From contig JAZKFH010000034.1 of the NCBI GenBank assembly GCA_040386535.1, positions 1 through 41,882 on the forward strand: DNA of 41,882 nt, in the 5' to 3' direction. This DNA is from Myxococcota bacterium (GTDB lineage Bacteria > Myxococcota_A > UBA796 > SXON01). Shown piece by piece: positions 28,988 through 37,062 of this stretch. The notes beneath the pieces are model-generated. The model worked only from the letters and a program-made list of their open reading frames with translations, was not told where the DNA came from and did no database searches. The translations under genes were made by a program, and so were the position numbers. Positions within the stretch are counted from its first letter, which is position 1, and the number at the start of each line of letters is the position of its first letter.

Positions 28988-29024
28988 TGTGCTATTCCCC
29001 ACAACCCCTGTGTGAGGTCCCGCC
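28988..29024. promoter_or_regulatory. Candidate enhancer (tandem TGTG-N8-CACA)
   Basis: TGTG-CTATTCCC-CACA-ACCCC-TGTG-TGAGGTCC-CGCC; same layout as 32719-32755. Confidence 0.55.
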
Positions 29025-30388
29025 TGTCCGACACCGTGCTCGTCTGTGACGACGAGGAGCTGATTCGCTGGTCCCTCTGCGAGCACCTCGAGCAGGAAGG
29101 CTTTCGCACGGTCGCCGTGACCAACGGAAAGGAGTGCCTCGACGCGGTGCGCGAGCACGCCCCGTCGCTGGTGCTGATGGATCTGAAGATGCCGGTCATG
29201 GACGGCCTCACGGCGCTCCGGACCCTTCGCGACACCGATCCGGACCTGCCCGTGATCGTCGTCACCGCCCACGGCGGCGTCGAGAGCGCCATCGAGGCCA
29301 CCCGCCTCGGCGCGGTCGGGTACATCGCCAAGCCATTCGACCTGCGGGAGGCCTCCCTCGCCGTCCAGCGGGCCCTCGCGGAGGGGCGCCTCAAGCGCGA
29401 GGTGCACTACCTGCGTGCGCGCGGCGGTGGCTACGCCGAGATCATCGGCGAGTCGCCCGCGATGAAGCGCATGTTCGACACGTTGCGCCGGCTCGAGCGC
29501 GTCGACGCGCCCACCGTGCTCGTGCAGGGCGAGAGCGGCACGGGCAAGGACCTCGTGGCGCGCGCAATCCATGGGCGGGGGCCGCGTCGCAACGCACCGT
29601 TCATGGAGATCGACTGTACGTCCCTGCCGGAGCAGCTCATGGAGAGCGAGCTGTTCGGGCACGAGCGCGGTGCGTTCACCGACGCGCGGGCGACCAAGCG
29701 GGGGCTCTTCGAGGTGGCGGCGGGCGGGGTGTTGTTCCTCGACGAGATCGGCGAGCTGCCGCTCGGCATGCAGTCCAAGCTGCTGCGCGCGCTGGAGAAC
29801 CGGAAGTTCCGCCGCGTCGGCGGCGTGGCCGACATCCCGATGGACGCCGCGGTCGTCACCGCGACGAACCGCACCCTGCGCGACGAGGTCAAGGCGGGCC
29901 GCTTCCGCGAGGATCTCTTCTTCCGGCTCCACGTGGTGCCGATCGAGGTGCCCGCCCTGCGCGAGCGCCGCGAGGACATCCCTCTGCTCGTCCAACACTT
30001 CCTCGAGCGGCTCAACAAGAGCTTCGGGCGCAACGTCCGCGGGACGAGCGGCGAGGCGATGGAGCTGCTCCAGCAGAACCGGTGGCCCGGAAACGTGCGC
30101 GAGCTGCGGAACGTGCTGGAGCGCACCGTCATCCTCCTCCAGGAGGACGTGATCCAGGCCGCCGACCTGCCCCCGGAGATCCGCTGGCAGGGCAGCCCGG
30201 CGTCCGCGAGCTCGGGCGGGTGCCCGTTCCTCCTCCCCGAAGAGGGGGTCGACCTCGAAGGGGTCGAGCGCGGCCTCCTGGAGCAGGCCTTCGCGCGCAC
30301 CAGCGGCAACCAGTCCGCCGCGGCGCGGCTCCTGGGCATCTCCCGCTACGCCCTGCGGTACCGCATGGAGAAGTTCAAGCTGGCTTAG
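29012..30388 (+). CDS. Sigma-54-dependent response regulator (NtrC family EBP)
   Basis: REC domain (CDDE, LMDLKMP), GESGTGKD, GAFTDA, LFLDEIG, WPGNVREL and a Fis-type HTH. Exact start uncertain. Confidence 0.95.
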   Translation: MRSRLSDTVLVCDDEELIRWSLCEHLEQEGFRTVAVTNGKECLDAVREHAPSLVLMDLKMPVMDGLTALRTLRDTDPDLPVIVVTAHGGVESAIEATRLGAVGYIAKPFDLREASLAVQRALAEGRLKREVHYLRARGGGYAEIIGESPAMKRMFDTLRRLERVDAPTVLVQGESGTGKDLVARAIHGRGPRRNAPFMEIDCTSLPEQLMESELFGHERGAFTDARATKRGLFEVAAGGVLFLDEIGELPLGMQSKLLRALENRKFRRVGGVADIPMDAAVVTATNRTLRDEVKAGRFREDLFFRLHVVPIEVPALRERREDIPLLVQHFLERLNKSFGRNVRGTSGEAMELLQQNRWPGNVRELRNVLERTVILLQEDVIQAADLPPEIRWQGSPASASSGGCPFLLPEEGVDLEGVERGLLEQAFARTSGNQSAAARLLGISRYALRYRMEKFKLA

Positions 30389-31878
30389 GCGCCCGTCAGG
30401 CCCGGGCTCTCCGGTTGCAGCTCGAGCAGGAAGCTCGCGCCCGCCAACGGTCCGCTCGCCAGCGCGAGGACACCCCCCATGGCGGACGCCCCCTTGCGGC
30501 AGATCGCGAGGCCGAGGCCCGTGCCGCGGGCGCGCGTGGTGAAGAACGGGCTGAAGATCCGCTCGGCGTCCGCGGCCGGGACGCCGGGGCCGGAGTCGCT
30601 CACCCGGATGCGCCCGGGCGTGATGTCCACCTGGATGGCACCCGGGCCATCGAGCGCCTGAACCGCGTTGAGCACGAGGTTGAGCGTGATCTGGTGGACC
30701 AGGTTCGAGTCGGCGCGCGCCATGCCCGTGCCGGTCGTGGTGATGCGCACGGTCGGGTGCTCGCGCTGCACGTTGTCCACGACCTGCCGGGCCACCTCCT
30801 CGAGGCGCACCGGGGCCAGCCGCGCCTCGGTGGGTCGGGCGAAGTTGAGCAGGTCGGTGACGAGGAGGTTGAGCCGGCGCACCTGCTGCTCGACCTTCTC
30901 CATGATCGGCTTGCGACGGTCATCGTCGGGGAGCGAGCGGCCGATCACCTGGAGCGCGCCCGAGATCCCGGCGAGCGGGTTGCGGAGCTCGTGGGCGACC
31001 GCGGCTGACAGGGCGCCCAGCTGCGCGAGGCTCTCCGCGCGGAGGAGCCGGCCCTCGGCGAGGATGACCTCCGTGAGCTCCTCCACGTGCAACAACACCC
31101 GCGCATGCGGATGGTCGAGCGGCACGATGGAGATGCGGAAGTTTCGATCCTGGCCGTCGAGCGCCACGTCGACGCGCGTGAGGGACACCTCCCGGTCCGT
31201 CGCGAGCGCGGTCTCCATGTGGGCGGCGAGTTGGGAGACGGCCACGAGCGCGGGGGGCAGCGCGTCCCACCATTGCCGCCCGAGCACGGGCACGTCTCCG
31301 AACAGGCGCGTGCCCGGGCGGGTCGCCGCGGTGACGAGGCCGTTGCGATCGAGCAGGAGCACGGTGACCGGCATGTGCGAGACGATGAGGTCCTGGAGCG
31401 TGGCGATCTGCCGCTCCTCGCGCGACTCGACGTAGGTGCCGGTCATGATCGCCAGATCCATGTCGGCGATGCGGCCGAGGCTCCGCGCGGTCTCCGCCGC
31501 CTCCTCGGGGGGCAGGTTGCGCGCCGCGATCTCGGAGAGGCCCTGCCGGAAGATGTTCATCGCCGTGAACATGTACCGGGAGGGCAGCGCCACCTCGACG
31601 TGTACGCGGCCGATGCGCTGGCGGCGCAGCAAGTAGGCCTCGTCCCACGGGCCGCGCAGCAGCTCTTCCGCCCAGCGGCGGAGCGTGCCCTTCAAGCGCT
31701 CCACCTGGGCCTCGTCCTTGAGCACCGCGGCCGCGCCGGGGTGCGCGAGGATGCGCTCGTAGAAGGTGTCGGTGAGGGCGAACAGGTGCGGCTGGACCAG
31801 GGGCCAGAGCGCGCGGAGCCGGGCCTCGTCGTCCGGGCCGAACCCCATCCAGGACTTCATCTCGTCGAATACGTGCAC
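30385..31878 (-). CDS. Globin-coupled sensor histidine kinase (protoglobin-PAS-HisKA-HATPase)
   Basis: Globin with FY (B10 Tyr) and RIGRVH (proximal His); PAS-like segment; AHELRNPL, NAVQA, DSGPG, FFTT, GTGLGL. GTG start at 31878. Confidence 0.9.
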   Translation of the reverse strand: MHVFDEMKSWMGFGPDDEARLRALWPLVQPHLFALTDTFYERILAHPGAAAVLKDEAQVERLKGTLRRWAEELLRGPWDEAYLLRRQRIGRVHVEVALPSRYMFTAMNIFRQGLSEIAARNLPPEEAAETARSLGRIADMDLAIMTGTYVESREERQIATLQDLIVSHMPVTVLLLDRNGLVTAATRPGTRLFGDVPVLGRQWWDALPPALVAVSQLAAHMETALATDREVSLTRVDVALDGQDRNFRISIVPLDHPHARVLLHVEELTEVILAEGRLLRAESLAQLGALSAAVAHELRNPLAGISGALQVIGRSLPDDDRRKPIMEKVEQQVRRLNLLVTDLLNFARPTEARLAPVRLEEVARQVVDNVQREHPTVRITTTGTGMARADSNLVHQITLNLVLNAVQALDGPGAIQVDITPGRIRVSDSGPGVPAADAERIFSPFFTTRARGTGLGLAICRKGASAMGGVLALASGPLAGASFLLELQPESPGLTGA

Positions 31879-31931
31879 GGTGCAACGTGTCGTGTCGCCC
31901 TCCGTTCGGCAACCCTGGTTCGCGCGCGGAT

Positions 31932-32579
31932 TCAGTGGCAATGCGGCGCCTCTCCCGCGGCGCTCGCGTCCGTCACGAGGCCGGCGGCGGCGCGGTTTCC
32001 GATGGACCACATCCCCGCGAGGAACACGGCCCCGGCGACCGCGATGCGGAGCGGCGGACGCGCGGCGGCGAGCATCCGGAGCCCCCGGGACGCGACGGCG
32101 AGCGCGGGCACGGTCCCGAGCCAGAAGGCAGCCATCGAGGCGGCCCCCCAGAGCGCGCCGCCGGCCGCGGCGGACACCGCGAGGGCGCTCCACAGCAGGC
32201 CGCAGGGGAGGAGCGCGGTGAGGGCGCCGAACCCCAGCCGCGCGACGATCCCGCGGCGGGCGAGCAGGCCAGCGGCGACGCGGGTGGGGTAGGCGAGGCG
32301 CACGGGGAGCGGCGGGGCGATGCCGGCGAGGCGGAGGCTGAACCAGCCGAGCAGGAGCGCGGCGACGACGGCGGCCGCGGTCCCGCTCACCGGGAGGGCC
32401 GCGCCCGCCGCGCCCGCCGCCGCGCCCAGGATCACATAGGCGCCGAGCCGGCCGGCCTGCCACGCCGCGCCCTCGGTGAGGCGATCCGCGCTGGCGGTGG
32501 CGAACGCCCCGCACATGCCGACGCAATGGGGGCTCCCGAGCAGCCCCGCGACGAACGCGCCGCCCACCACCGCGATCAT
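31932..32579 (-). CDS. TauE/SafE-like (DsbD_2) cbb3-associated membrane protein
   Basis: [27 protein letters not shown] and FWLGTVP motifs. Confidence 0.88.
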   Translation of the reverse strand: MIAVVGGAFVAGLLGSPHCVGMCGAFATASADRLTEGAAWQAGRLGAYVILGAAAGAAGAALPVSGTAAAVVAALLLGWFSLRLAGIAPPLPVRLAYPTRVAAGLLARRGIVARLGFGALTALLPCGLLWSALAVSAAAGGALWGAASMAAFWLGTVPALAVASRGLRMLAAARPPLRIAVAGAVFLAGMWSIGNRAAAGLVTDASAAGEAPHCH

Positions 32580-32638
32580 CGTGTGCTCCGTGCCCGTGCG
32601 GCCCGTGGGGCCCGCGCCGCTCGTCCCTCCCTCGTCAT
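32576..32638 (-). CDS. Possible 20-aa leader ORF ([20 protein letters not shown])
   Basis: GGAGGAG 5 nt upstream; its TGA overlaps the downstream ATG (ATGA). Confidence 0.4.
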   Translation of the reverse strand: MTREGRAARAPRAARARSTR

Positions 32639-32662
32639 GCCGTCTCCTCCACGTCCCCCAAC

Positions 32663-32679
32663 AGCAAGGGGCATGCCAG
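32663..32679 (-). promoter_or_regulatory. Sigma-54 promoter for the TauE-like/kinase unit
   Basis: Minus strand CTGGCATGCCCCTTGCT. Confidence 0.8.
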
Positions 32680-32718
32680 CGCCAGAAACCGCCGTTCTGC
32701 GCGGCCCGGTGGGACGGG

Positions 32719-32755
32719 TGTGGATTCCCACACACAGCGTGTGGGCGCCCAGGCA
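32719..32755. promoter_or_regulatory. Candidate shared enhancer (tandem TGTG-N8-CACA)
   Basis: TGTG-GATTCCCA-CACA-CAGCG-TGTG-GGCGCCCA-GGCA, between two divergent sigma-54 promoters. Confidence 0.55.
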
Positions 32756-32875
32756 CAGCCCGAACGCCCGAGGCACGGCGGGCCCTCGTCGCGTCGCCGG
32801 TACCCCCCGGGTTGCGCGTCGTTGTCCCTCGATCCATCGCGATCCGGACCCCGATCCACGAGTGGGCGCCCGCCC

Positions 32876-32892
32876 CTGGCATGCCGCTTGCT
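32876..32892 (+). promoter_or_regulatory. Sigma-54 promoter for ccoN operon
   Basis: CTGGCATGCCGCTTGCT, then GGAGG at 32906 and GTG at 32918. Confidence 0.85.
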
Positions 32893-32917
32893 TTGGCCCC
32901 GCTTCGGAGGCCACCCC

Positions 32918-34348
32918 GTGGACCAGATCACTCCCAACTACGACGACACCACCACCAAGCGATTCGTGATCGCCACGGTGGTGTGGGGTTTCGTCGGCAT
33001 GCTCGTCGGCGTCATCATCGCCCTTCAGCTCGCCTGGTGGCCGGCCAACCTCGGCCTCCCGTGGACGAGCTTCGGGCGGCTGCGCCCGCTCCACACCAAC
33101 GCGGTCATCTTCGCGTTCACCGCCAACGCGTGCTTCGCCGGCATCTTCTACTCGATGCAGCGCCTGCTCAAGACGCGGATGTGGTCGGACACGCTCTCCA
33201 ATGTCCACTTCTGGGGCTGGCAGGCCATCATCCTCGCCGCGGCCGTCACCCTGCCGCTCGGGATGACCCAGGGCAAGGAGTACGCCGAGCTCATCTGGCC
33301 CATCGACATCGCCGTCGCCGTCGTGTGGTTGAGCTTCGCGGTCAACTTCTTCGGCACCATCGCCACCCGCAAGGTCAAGCACCTGTACGTGGCGATCTGG
33401 TTCTACATGTCGATGGTCATCACCATCACCGTGCTGCACGTGGTGAACAACCTCGCGCTGCCCGCCACGCTCTCGCGGAGCTACCCGGTCTACTCGGGCC
33501 TCACCGACGCGCTGGTGCAGTGGTGGTACGGCCACAACGCCGTGGGCTTCCTGCTCACCACGCCGATCCTCGGCCTTATGTACTACTTCCTCCCGAAGGC
33601 CGCGGGGCGCCCGGTCTACAGCTACCGGCTGTCGATCATCCACTTCTGGGCACTGGTGTTCCTCTACATCTGGGCCGGCCCCCACCACCTGCTCTACTCG
33701 GCGCTGCCCGAGTGGGCGCAGACCCTCGGCATGGTCTTCAGCATCATGCTGCTGGCGCCCTCCTGGGGCGGCATGCTCAACGGCCTGCTCACCCTGCGTG
33801 GCGCCTGGGATCGGCTCCGCACCGATCCCATCCTCAAGTTCTGGGTGGTCGCCATCACGTTCTACGGCATGGCCACGTTCGAAGGGCCGCTGATGTCCAT
33901 CCGCGCGGTCAACCAACTGTCACACTTCAACGACTGGACGATCGCCCACGTGCACTCGGGCGCCCTCGGTTGGGTCGGCATGAGCGTCTTCGGGATGCTC
34001 TACTACATGGTGCCCCGCCTCTGGAAGCGCCCGCTCTACAGCGTGTCGCTCGCGACGAACCACTTCTGGCTCGCGACCATCGGCATCGTGCTGTATTGTG
34101 TCGCGCTCTGGGTGGGTGGCATCACGCAGAGCCTCATGTGGAAGGCGATCGAGCCCTCCGGCCTGTTGCAATACCCCAACTTCATGGAGACGCTCGCGGT
34201 GGTCCAGCCCTTCTGGTGGTTCCGCCTCGTGGGCGGGACGATGTACCTCGTCGGCCTCTGCCTGATGGCGTGGAACTTCATTCGCACGGTTCGGGGGACT
34301 GAGGTGCTCGACCTCGGCGCCACCCAAGCCGTTCCGGAGGTCGCGTGA
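32918..34348 (+). CDS. ccoN: cbb3-type cytochrome c oxidase subunit I
   Basis: [41 protein letters not shown]. Confidence 0.97.
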   Translation: MDQITPNYDDTTTKRFVIATVVWGFVGMLVGVIIALQLAWWPANLGLPWTSFGRLRPLHTNAVIFAFTANACFAGIFYSMQRLLKTRMWSDTLSNVHFWGWQAIILAAAVTLPLGMTQGKEYAELIWPIDIAVAVVWLSFAVNFFGTIATRKVKHLYVAIWFYMSMVITITVLHVVNNLALPATLSRSYPVYSGLTDALVQWWYGHNAVGFLLTTPILGLMYYFLPKAAGRPVYSYRLSIIHFWALVFLYIWAGPHHLLYSALPEWAQTLGMVFSIMLLAPSWGGMLNGLLTLRGAWDRLRTDPILKFWVVAITFYGMATFEGPLMSIRAVNQLSHFNDWTIAHVHSGALGWVGMSVFGMLYYMVPRLWKRPLYSVSLATNHFWLATIGIVLYCVALWVGGITQSLMWKAIEPSGLLQYPNFMETLAVVQPFWWFRLVGGTMYLVGLCLMAWNFIRTVRGTEVLDLGATQAVPEVA

Positions 34349-35028
34349 ACAAGAGTCACTGGCATCGCGACCTGTTCGAGGGGAGCAGCGCCAAGTTCGC
34401 CATCGCCTCCACGGTGGTCATCCTCATCGGCGGCATCGCCGAGATCGCCCCGATGTACGCCGTCGGTGACGCGACGCCCCCGATGGAGCCCTACACGCCG
34501 CTCGAGCAGGCGGGGCGTGACATCTACGTGCGCGAGGGCTGCTACACCTGTCACTCGCAGATGGTGCGCCCGCTCGAGCACGAGACGCTCCGCTACGGCC
34601 CCACGGCCGAGGCGTGGGAATACACCTACGACCGCCCGTTCCAGCTCGGCTCCCGCCGCATCGGCCCCGACCTGATGCGAGTGGGTGGCAAGTATCCGGA
34701 CGCCTGGCACTGGAACCACCTGCTCGACCCGCGCAGCACCTCGCCGGGCAGCGTCATGCCCACCTACGCGTGGCTCCTCGCCGACGAGATCGACCCCGCC
34801 GACGTGACCGCGTCCATCGGCGCGCTCGCCACCCTCGGCCATCCGTACGCCGACACGAGCGAGGCGGCCGTCACCCGGCTGCTCGACGAGCAGGCGGCCG
34901 GCATCGTGACGAACCTCGCCGGCGCCAAGATCGAGGCGAACCCGCGCAGCGAGGCGGTGGCGATGATCGCCTACCTGCAGCGCCTCGGCAGTGACCTGAA
35001 GAAGCAGAAGGCAGAGGTGACCCCGTGA
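34345..35028 (+). CDS. ccoO: cbb3-type oxidase subunit II
   Basis: [33 protein letters not shown]. Confidence 0.97.
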   Translation: MNKSHWHRDLFEGSSAKFAIASTVVILIGGIAEIAPMYAVGDATPPMEPYTPLEQAGRDIYVREGCYTCHSQMVRPLEHETLRYGPTAEAWEYTYDRPFQLGSRRIGPDLMRVGGKYPDAWHWNHLLDPRSTSPGSVMPTYAWLLADEIDPADVTASIGALATLGHPYADTSEAAVTRLLDEQAAGIVTNLAGAKIEANPRSEAVAMIAYLQRLGSDLKKQKAEVTP

Positions 35029-35204
35029 GAATGGCCTTGTTCGCCGCGGACGCCCAGGCGGCCGCGCAGGCGTGGATGGGCGCGGCGCTCACCACCTCGT
35101 TCCTCCTCTTCTTCGTGGCCTGGACCGTCTGGGCCTACTGGCCCGGCAACCGCGCGCGGATGGAGGCCAACGGCCGCATCCCGTTCGACGGAGACGACTC
35201 ATGA
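35025..35204 (+). CDS. ccoQ: cbb3-type oxidase subunit CcoQ (not in the ORF track)
   Basis: 59 aa, one TM (SFLLFFVAWTVWAYWP) then RARMEANGRIPFD; overlaps ccoO (GTGA) and ccoP (ATGA). Confidence 0.85.
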   Translation: MRMALFAADAQAAAQAWMGAALTTSFLLFFVAWTVWAYWPGNRARMEANGRIPFDGDDS

Positions 35205-35689
35205 GCAAGGACCCGGATCAGATCCTCGGCCACGGCGACGAGGCGGACGGCATCGAGGAGTACGACAACTCCCTCCCCACGTGGTGGTTGGGCCTCTTCG
35301 TGGTCTGCATCGCGTTCGCGGTGGTGTACGGCATCGACTACCACTTCGTCAGCGAGCGCTCCTCCCTCAAGGAGATGGAGGCCGCGATCGCCGCCCGTCC
35401 CAAGGTGGCGGTGACCGCGGGGGCCGCCACCGGCCCCGAGGCCATCGCGGCGGGCAAGGCCGTGTACGAGACCAACTGTGTCGCGTGCCACGGCGCGGAC
35501 ATGAAGGGCGGCGTAGGCCCCAATCTCATCGACGCCACCTGGATCCACGGCGGTACGCTCGAGAACATCACCCACGTCGTCACGGTGGGTGTCCCCGAGA
35601 AGGGCATGTTGACCTGGGGCCCCATCCTCGGGCCGGAGAAGGTCGGCCAGGTCGCGGCGTACGTCCACGCGCAGGGCGGAGGGCAATAG
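35201..35689 (+). CDS. ccoP: cbb3-type oxidase subunit III, monoheme
   Basis: GHGDEADGIEEYDNSLPTWW N-terminus; single CVACH; GPNL; KGM. Confidence 0.93.
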   Translation: MSKDPDQILGHGDEADGIEEYDNSLPTWWLGLFVVCIAFAVVYGIDYHFVSERSSLKEMEAAIAARPKVAVTAGAATGPEAIAAGKAVYETNCVACHGADMKGGVGPNLIDATWIHGGTLENITHVVTVGVPEKGMLTWGPILGPEKVGQVAAYVHAQGGGQ

Positions 35690-35691
35690 TC

Positions 35692-37062
35692 ATGTCACGG
35701 AAGTGGGTGTACCCGGCGAGCGTCAAGGGCAAGTTCCAGAAGCTCCATCGCGTCACGGGTGTGCTCCTCCAGGCATTCCTGTTCGTCACCCCCTGGGTGA
35801 TGGTGTCCGGGCGGCCCGCGGTCCAGATCGACATCCCGGCGCGGCGCGTGTTCGCGCTCGGGAGCATCTACACGGCGTCCGACGCCATCTTCCTCGTGCT
35901 CGCGCTGCTCACCGCGTTGTTCGCGCTGTTCCTGGTCACCGCGCTCTGGGGCCGGCTCTGGTGCGGGTTCGCCTGCCCGCAGACGGTGTTCCTCGAGGAG
36001 TGGGTGCGCCCCATCGAGACCTGGATCGAGGGCGAGCGCGGGGTACGGATGGCCCGCGCCAAGGCGCCCTGGGCCTGGAAGAACCTGTGGCGGCGCGTCG
36101 CGAAGCTCAGCGTGTTCGCGGCGCTCGCCGTGTTCGCCTCCATGACGGCGGTGAGCTGGTTCGCCGGCGCCCGCGCGTTGTGGACGGGCCAATCCGGTTT
36201 GGCCGCCTACGTGGTGATGGGCATCCTCGCCGCCGTGGTGTTCGCCGACTTCGCGTGGTTCCGTGAGCAGTTCTGCACCTACGTCTGCCCGTACGCCCGG
36301 TTCCAGGGCGCCCTCACCGACGGTGGCAGCTACACCGTGCAATACGAGGTCTCGCTCGGCGAGCCGCGTGCCAAGCCGCGGGCCGCCGCACGCGCGGCCG
36401 CCCCTGCCATCGGGGCGCCCGTCCCCCCTGTCACCGTCGCCCCCAACTACGCCCTCACCCCCGCCGGCCCCGTCGCGGTCGGCGCCTGCATCGACTGTGG
36501 CAAGTGTGTCGCCGTGTGCCCCCAGGGCATCGACATCCGCGAGGGGTTCCAACTCGAGTGCATCGCGTGTTTCCGCTGTGTCGACGCCTGCGAGGGCGTG
36601 ATGGCGAAGCAGGGCCACGCAAACCTCATCACGTACGCGCCGCTCGAGCGGAGCGAAGGCAAGATCCGCCCCCGCACCGTCGCTTACGGTGCCCTGCTCA
36701 CCGGCCTGTGCACGGCCATGGTGCTCCTGCTCGCCACCCACGCCGAGCTCCAGGCGTCCGTGGCCCGCGCGCCCGGCACCATGTTCGTGGTCGACGCCGA
36801 CGGGTGGACCCGCAACACCTACCTCCTCAAGGTGGTCAACACGTCCCTCGCCGCCGAGGAGGCCGTCGTGCACACCGACGGACTCCCCACGGACGCCGAC
36901 GTGCGCGTGTCCAGCGTGCGCCTCGAGCCCGCCGGCACGACCACGGTGCCGGTGGTGGTGCGCGTGCGCGCCCCCGACGGCCCCAGCACCCCGCTGACCT
37001 TCACCATCGTGACCGACGATGCGCGCGTGGTCCTCCCCGCCACGTTCACGGCGGGCGGATGA
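35692..37062 (+). CDS. ccoG: cbb3 accessory 4Fe-4S protein CcoG/FixG
   Basis: GRLWCGFACPQTVF, REQFCTYVCPY, CIDCGKCVAVCP, CIACFRCVDAC and a C-terminal Ig-like domain. Confidence 0.95.
   Translation: MSRKWVYPASVKGKFQKLHRVTGVLLQAFLFVTPWVMVSGRPAVQIDIPARRVFALGSIYTASDAIFLVLALLTALFALFLVTALWGRLWCGFACPQTVFLEEWVRPIETWIEGERGVRMARAKAPWAWKNLWRRVAKLSVFAALAVFASMTAVSWFAGARALWTGQSGLAAYVVMGILAAVVFADFAWFREQFCTYVCPYARFQGALTDGGSYTVQYEVSLGEPRAKPRAAARAAAPAIGAPVPPVTVAPNYALTPAGPVAVGACIDCGKCVAVCPQGIDIREGFQLECIACFRCVDACEGVMAKQGHANLITYAPLERSEGKIRPRTVAYGALLTGLCTAMVLLLATHAELQASVARAPGTMFVVDADGWTRNTYLLKVVNTSLAAEEAVVHTDGLPTDADVRVSSVRLEPAGTTTVPVVVRVRAPDGPSTPLTFTIVTDDARVVLPATFTAGG

Noticed and set aside
28898..29998. Long extension of the CoA transferase ORF (likewise kinase 31879-32526 and IMPase 17413-19425)
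   Set aside because: These overlap well-supported genes; family homology begins at the trimmed starts.
32580..32917. FNR/FixK box upstream of ccoN
   Set aside because: No TTGAT-N4-ATCAA found by eye; sigma-54 elements are present instead.
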